From the NCBI GenBank assembly GCA_016184305.1, contig JACPCX010000101.1, forward strand, positions 1 to 10,395: a stretch of DNA of 10,395 nt, given 5' to 3'. The position numbers and the translations under genes were made by a program. The stretch is from Candidatus Rokuibacteriota bacterium. GTDB taxonomy: Bacteria > Methylomirabilota > Methylomirabilia > Rokubacteriales > CSP1-6. This document shows, in pieces, positions 6,365 through 10,395 of this stretch. Within the stretch, counting starts at the first letter, position 1, and the number at the start of each line of letters is the position of its first letter. The notes under the pieces are model-generated. The model saw nothing but the letters and a program-made list of their open reading frames with translations. It was not told where the DNA came from and made no database searches.

Positions 6365-7603
6365 ATGACCGGCGCCGCGCTGCCCGTCGCCTGGGTCCTG
6401 CCATTCACCGGCATGCTCCTGGCCATCGCCATCTGCCCGCTCGTGATGCCCCATTGGTGGGAGCACAACCGGAACAAGTTCCTGCTGTCCTGTGCGCTGG
6501 GCGCACCCGTTCTCGTCCTGTATCTCACGCGCGAGCCTCACGCGCTGGTCGCCACGGCCGAGGAGTACCTGTCCTTCCTGATCCTGCTGGCGAGCCTCTA
6601 CGTGATCACGGGAGGCATGCTGCTGCGGGGAGACCTCGAGGCGACCCCGCTGACCAACACGGCCTTCCTCGCGACGGGCTCGATCCTGGCCTCGGTCATC
6701 GGGACCACGGGGGCCTCGATGGTGCTGATCCGGCCCTTGCTCCAGACCAACCGGGAGCGCCGGCGGGTCACGCACACGGTGGTCTTCTTCATCTTCCTCG
6801 TGTCCAATATCGGCGGCCTGCTCACGCCCCTCGGCGACCCCCCCCTGTTCCTGGGCTACCTGCGCGGGGTCCCGTTCACGTGGACGTTCCGCCTCTGGCT
6901 CCCCTGGGTCATCGCGGTGGGAGCCCTGCTGCTGACGTATTTCATCTGGGACTCGATCCACCACGCGCGCGAGCCGCTGGCCGCCTTGAAGCAGGACCGC
7001 TCCGAGATCGAGCCCCTGCGCGTCCTGGGCGGGCTGAACGCGCTGCCGCTGGCCGGAGTGGTGCTGTCCGTGGCCTTCCTCCACGCGCCGTGGCGCGAGG
7101 TGGCCATGGTGGCGCTCGCCTGCCTCTCCTTCTGGCGGACGCCGCGTCAGGTCCACCGTGCCAACGGCTTCACGAGCTACCCGATCGTGGAGGTGGCGGT
7201 CCTGTTCTTCGGGATCTTCCTGACCATGATCCCGGCGCTGGAGCTGCTCCGGCTGCGCGGCGGCGAGCTGGGGGTGCGCGAGCCCTGGCAGTTCTTCTGG
7301 GTCAGCGGCGTGCTGTCGTCGTTCCTCGACAATGCCCCGACCTATCTGACCTTCCTGTCGCTGGCCCAGGGGCTCCGCCTTACCGACGAGGTCGTGGGGG
7401 TCACCCACGCCGTGCTGGCCGCGATCAGCGTGGGATGCGTGTTCATGGGCGCCAACTCCTATATCGGGAATGCGCCCAACTTCATGGTCAAGTCCGTCGC
7501 CGAGGAAACCAAGGTCCGGATGCCCTCGTTCTTCGGCTACATGGTGTACAGCCTGGGCGTTCTCGGACCGCTCTACCTCGTGCTGACCTTCCTCTTCCTT
7601 TGA
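6365..7603 (+). CDS. Ion-transporter (IT; ArsB/NhaD/CitM-like) superfamily membrane protein, putative sodium:proton antiporter, 412 aa
   Basis: C-terminal part of the 4736..7603 ORF from ATG 6365. Highly hydrophobic, with GTTGASM, SNIGGLLTPLGDPPLFLG, FLDNAPTYL and GANSYIGNAPNFMVK. Substrate cannot be determined from the sequence. Confidence 0.85.
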   Translation: MTGAALPVAWVLPFTGMLLAIAICPLVMPHWWEHNRNKFLLSCALGAPVLVLYLTREPHALVATAEEYLSFLILLASLYVITGGMLLRGDLEATPLTNTAFLATGSILASVIGTTGASMVLIRPLLQTNRERRRVTHTVVFFIFLVSNIGGLLTPLGDPPLFLGYLRGVPFTWTFRLWLPWVIAVGALLLTYFIWDSIHHAREPLAALKQDRSEIEPLRVLGGLNALPLAGVVLSVAFLHAPWREVAMVALACLSFWRTPRQVHRANGFTSYPIVEVAVLFFGIFLTMIPALELLRLRGGELGVREPWQFFWVSGVLSSFLDNAPTYLTFLSLAQGLRLTDEVVGVTHAVLAAISVGCVFMGANSYIGNAPNFMVKSVAEETKVRMPSFFGYMVYSLGVLGPLYLVLTFLFL

Positions 7604-7608
7604 CCACG

Positions 7609-8982
7609 ATGCGGTACGTGCTCCTCTGCCCCGACGATCTGCTCGAGCACCTTATGGGCCATGCCACCCTGCCGGGTGACTCGTCTGTCCATCTGGTCTC
7701 CAGGCGGGCGCAGCGCGCGCGACTGGCGCGGCGCGGAACGGCCGCCCTGGTCGGCGATCTCGCCGATGCCGGCTTCCTCCGGCGCGCCCTCAAGGGCAGC
7801 CGCGGCCCGGTCGTCGTGGGAACCCCCGCCAGCCGCATTCCCCGGATCCTGAGGGCGCTGCGCGAGGCGCTCCCCGGTGTCCCCCTCCTGGCGGTCACCG
7901 ATGAGTCGGGGGCGCCCCCCGGCACCACGGCGGTGCCGCTGTCCGCCTTCGGGGAGCGGGTGATCCGACCGGCGCTGGAGCGGGCCCTGAGCCGCGCCCG
8001 GGTCGAGCGCATCCGGCGCCACTTCGAGGACGCCCAGCAGGTGCTGATCCTCATGCAGGACGATCCCGACCCCGACGCCATCGCCTCGGCACTGGCGCTG
8101 AAGACGCTCCTCGGCCGCACCCGGACCTCGGTGCATGTCTGCACCTTCGGCACGATCACGCGTCCCGAGAACGTCGCCATGTGCAAGATCCTGGAGATCG
8201 AGGTGGAGGAGATCAGCGCCCAGGCGCTGGACCAGTTCGACCGGGTGGCGATGGTGGACGTGCAGCCCTCGTTCCTCGAGGAGCGCTTCCACGGGGTGGA
8301 TCTCGTGATCGACCACCATCCCGTGGAGCGGCCGATCAAGGCGCGCATCCGCGACGTGCGACCGTCCTACGGCGCCACCTCCACGATCCTCGTCGAGTAC
8401 CTGCGGGCCGCCGACGTCAAGGTGACGCAGCGGCTGGCGACGGCGCTCCTGTACGGGATCAAGTCGGACACGCTGGGGCTGGAGCGTGGCGGTACGCGGG
8501 CGGACCTCGAGGCCTTCTCGTACCTGTACCTCCTGGCGAATCACAGCGCGCTTCGACGAATCGAGCGGCCCGAGCTGTCCGACGGGGCGCTGGACCTGCT
8601 CGCGCAGGGGCTCGCCCGGCGGCGGGTCCTGGGTGGGGTGTTCTTCTCCCATCTCGGCACCGTCACCATGGCGGATCTGATCCCGCAGTTCGCCGACTTC
8701 GGGCTTCAGGCGGAAGGGGTGGAGTGGTCGGTGGTCTCCGGCGTGGTCGGAGACCAGGTCCATGTGTCGATCCGGAACGTGGGGTACGTCAAGAGCGCGG
8801 GAGACACGGCCCGGGCGGCGTTTGGCGATATCGGCCCCGCCGGCGGCCACAGAACCATGGCCAAGGCGGTGGTGCCGCTCGCAAGCCTGACGGTGGGCGA
8901 CGAGGCCCGCGCAGGGCGGGGCTGCCCCGAGCGGATCATCCACCGCGTCCTCCGCGCCCTCGGCCACGAGGAAAAGAGCTGA
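7609..8982 (+). CDS. DHH/DHHA1-family phosphoesterase with an N-terminal degenerate TrkA-N/RCK-like extension, 457 aa
   Basis: C-terminal part of the 6454..8982 ORF from ATG 7609. Motifs: PDPDAIAS, MVDVQ, IDHHP, GATST, GIKSDT, SIR...AGGHRTMA. The N-terminal ALVGDLADAGFLRRA resembles the TrkA-N vGDatdxxxLxxa motif. Confidence 0.88.
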   Translation: MRYVLLCPDDLLEHLMGHATLPGDSSVHLVSRRAQRARLARRGTAALVGDLADAGFLRRALKGSRGPVVVGTPASRIPRILRALREALPGVPLLAVTDESGAPPGTTAVPLSAFGERVIRPALERALSRARVERIRRHFEDAQQVLILMQDDPDPDAIASALALKTLLGRTRTSVHVCTFGTITRPENVAMCKILEIEVEEISAQALDQFDRVAMVDVQPSFLEERFHGVDLVIDHHPVERPIKARIRDVRPSYGATSTILVEYLRAADVKVTQRLATALLYGIKSDTLGLERGGTRADLEAFSYLYLLANHSALRRIERPELSDGALDLLAQGLARRRVLGGVFFSHLGTVTMADLIPQFADFGLQAEGVEWSVVSGVVGDQVHVSIRNVGYVKSAGDTARAAFGDIGPAGGHRTMAKAVVPLASLTVGDEARAGRGCPERIIHRVLRALGHEEKS

Positions 8983-10328
8983 TGGAAAACGGCGCGAGGC
9001 TGGGCGAGACCATCCGGGACCTCCTGGAGTCCGGCCGTCACGAGCGGCTGGCCCAGGTGCTCGAGGAGTCCCACGCTGCCGACGTCGCGGCGGCGCTCAG
9101 GGATCTCCCTGTCCCGGAGCAGGTCACGCTGTTCCGGCTGCTGAACCGCGAGCAGGCGGGCGGGGTGCTGGCCGAGCTGGACGACCAGCCGCTGCTGGAG
9201 CTGGTCCGGGCGCTCGACGAGCTGGAGATCTCCGGAATCCTCGACCGCATGCAGCCGGACGACGCCGCCCAGGTCCTGGAAGAGCTGACGGACGAGCAGG
9301 CCGAGAAGGTCCTGGACCTCATGAAGGAGGAGCAGTCGGAGGAGGTCCAGGAGCTCCTCGAGTACGGCGAGAAGACCGCCGGCCGCATCATGTCCCTCGA
9401 TGTCCTGGCTGTCCAGGAGACCGACACGGTGGGACAGGCCATCGACCACGTCCGGAAGGCGCCGACGGCCGAATCGGCCCACTCCCTCTACGTGGTGGAC
9501 GGCCACGAGCACCTGGTGGGGGCGCTGCCCCTTCGCCGCCTGATCACGACGGATCCGGCCACGCCAGTGGGGCTCCTCTGCCAGGGGGAGGTGCTCAGTG
9601 TCACGCCGGAGACCGACCAGGAGGAAGTCGCCCGGCTGGTCGCCAAGTACGACATCGTGGCGGTGCCCGTCGTGGACCGCGACCGCCGACTCCTGGGGGT
9701 CATCACCGTGGACGACGTCATCGACGTCATCCGCGAGGAAGCCACCGAGGACATCCAGCGCCTGGGCGGAGCGGCCGGCGACGAGACGGTGTTCGACCCC
9801 CACTCGGCGGTCTTCCCCAAGCGCCTGCTCTGGCGGTTCATCAACCTCGGCACCGCCATTCTCGCGGCCTCCGTCATCGGCCTCTTCGAGGAGTCCATCC
9901 AGACCCTCGCCACCCTCGCGATCTTCATGCCCATCGTGGCCTCCATGGGGGGCATCGGCACCACCCAGACGGCCACCGTGGTCGTGCGGGGGCTGGCCCT
10001 CGGGGACATGACCGCCGCCCACCTCTGGCGCGTCCTGAAAAAGGAGCTCCTGCTGGCGCTCACGACCGGGCTCGCCAACGCGGTGGTCATGGCGGTCATC
10101 GCCTACCTCTGGAAGGGCCAGGCATTGCTGGCCGTCATCATCGGGACGGCGCTGGCCATCAACATGCTGGTGGCGGCGACGGTGGGTGTCACGATCCCGC
10201 TGGCGCTCAAGGCATTCCGCATCGATCCGGCCATCGCCTCGAGCGTCATCATCACCACGTTCACGGACGTTTGCGGCTTCTTTTCCTTCCTGGGTCTGGC
10301 GACCCTCCTGATCCGGTTTCTCCGGTAA
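8982..10328 (+). CDS. mgtE: Magnesium transporter MgtE, 448 aa
   Basis: Starts at the TGATG overlap (8980-8984). Acidic MgtE N-domain (HAADVA, MQPDDAAQ), tandem CBS domains (TAGRIMS...LLGVITVDDVID), plug helix EEATED, and a TM domain with DPAIASSVIITTFTDVCG (conserved pore Asp). Confidence 0.96.
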   Translation: MENGARLGETIRDLLESGRHERLAQVLEESHAADVAAALRDLPVPEQVTLFRLLNREQAGGVLAELDDQPLLELVRALDELEISGILDRMQPDDAAQVLEELTDEQAEKVLDLMKEEQSEEVQELLEYGEKTAGRIMSLDVLAVQETDTVGQAIDHVRKAPTAESAHSLYVVDGHEHLVGALPLRRLITTDPATPVGLLCQGEVLSVTPETDQEEVARLVAKYDIVAVPVVDRDRRLLGVITVDDVIDVIREEATEDIQRLGGAAGDETVFDPHSAVFPKRLLWRFINLGTAILAASVIGLFEESIQTLATLAIFMPIVASMGGIGTTQTATVVVRGLALGDMTAAHLWRVLKKELLLALTTGLANAVVMAVIAYLWKGQALLAVIIGTALAINMLVAATVGVTIPLALKAFRIDPAIASSVIITTFTDVCGFFSFLGLATLLIRFLR

Positions 10329-10349
10329 TCGCGGTGGGGAACAAAGCGC

Positions 10350-10380
10350 TTGGCAACCGCGCGCGCGGTGTGCTAAATCT
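10350..10380 (+). promoter_or_regulatory. Possible promoter for a gene beyond the window, with a perfect 14-bp palindrome in the spacer
   Basis: TTGGCA (10350-10355), ACCGCGCGCGCGGT (10356-10369), TGcTAAATCT (10371-10380). The -10 match is imperfect. Confidence 0.3.
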
Positions 10381-10395
10381 TCACCCGCTGGACCT

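Noticed and set aside
15..8981. Long N-terminal extensions of ORFs 15..2054, 4736..7603, 6454..8982 and 8181..10328, suggesting fusions or frameshifts
   Set aside because: The extensions are Arg/Pro/Gly-rich off-frame readings of the upstream genes. Each protein has a proper ATG at or just after the preceding stop (1125, 6365, 7609, 8982).
9945..9969. MgtE segment MGGIGTTQ lacks the Asn of the common GGNxGxQ motif
   Set aside because: This position varies among MgtE homologs as far as I recall, and the essential TM5 Asp is intact, so there is no basis for claiming altered selectivity.
321..10099. Long minus-strand ORFs (321-1841, 2650-4056, 4554-6404, 6152-7408, 7573-8967, 8706-10022 and smaller ones)
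   Set aside because: They are antisense shadows of well-supported + strand genes in high-GC DNA and show no recognisable motifs.
1..10395. tRNA, rRNA, riboswitch (e.g. M-box upstream of mgtE) or intrinsic terminators
   Set aside because: The intergenic gaps are too short, mgtE overlaps the preceding gene, and no hairpin followed by a U-tract was found.

Overview
High-GC bacterial DNA (about 70% in hand-counted samples) with ten co-directional + strand genes: a 5'-truncated DRE-TIM (homocitrate/citramalate synthase-like) enzyme, an FAH-family hydrolase, an AbrB-type antitoxin and PIN (VapC-like) toxin, an ApgM-type phosphoglycerate mutase, an M23 peptidase, a zinc-ribbon rhomboid protease, an IT-superfamily (Na+/H+ antiporter-like) transporter, a DHH/DHHA1 phosphoesterase with an N-terminal extension, and mgtE. 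The standout structure is the toxin-antitoxin pair. It sits in a lower-GC islet (about 58% by hand count) with no integrase or transposase, between two 64-bp direct repeats (2002-2065 and 2900-2963, 62/64 identical, 898 bp apart). The repeat duplicates the 3' end of the FAH gene, the intergenic spacer and the 'AT' of the next start codon, and one of its two mismatches creates the toxin's stop codon. A weaker lead is a candidate leaderless 17-codon, 4-proline uORF coupled to the transporter/DHH/mgtE cluster. All product calls come from motif recognition only; no database searches were run.
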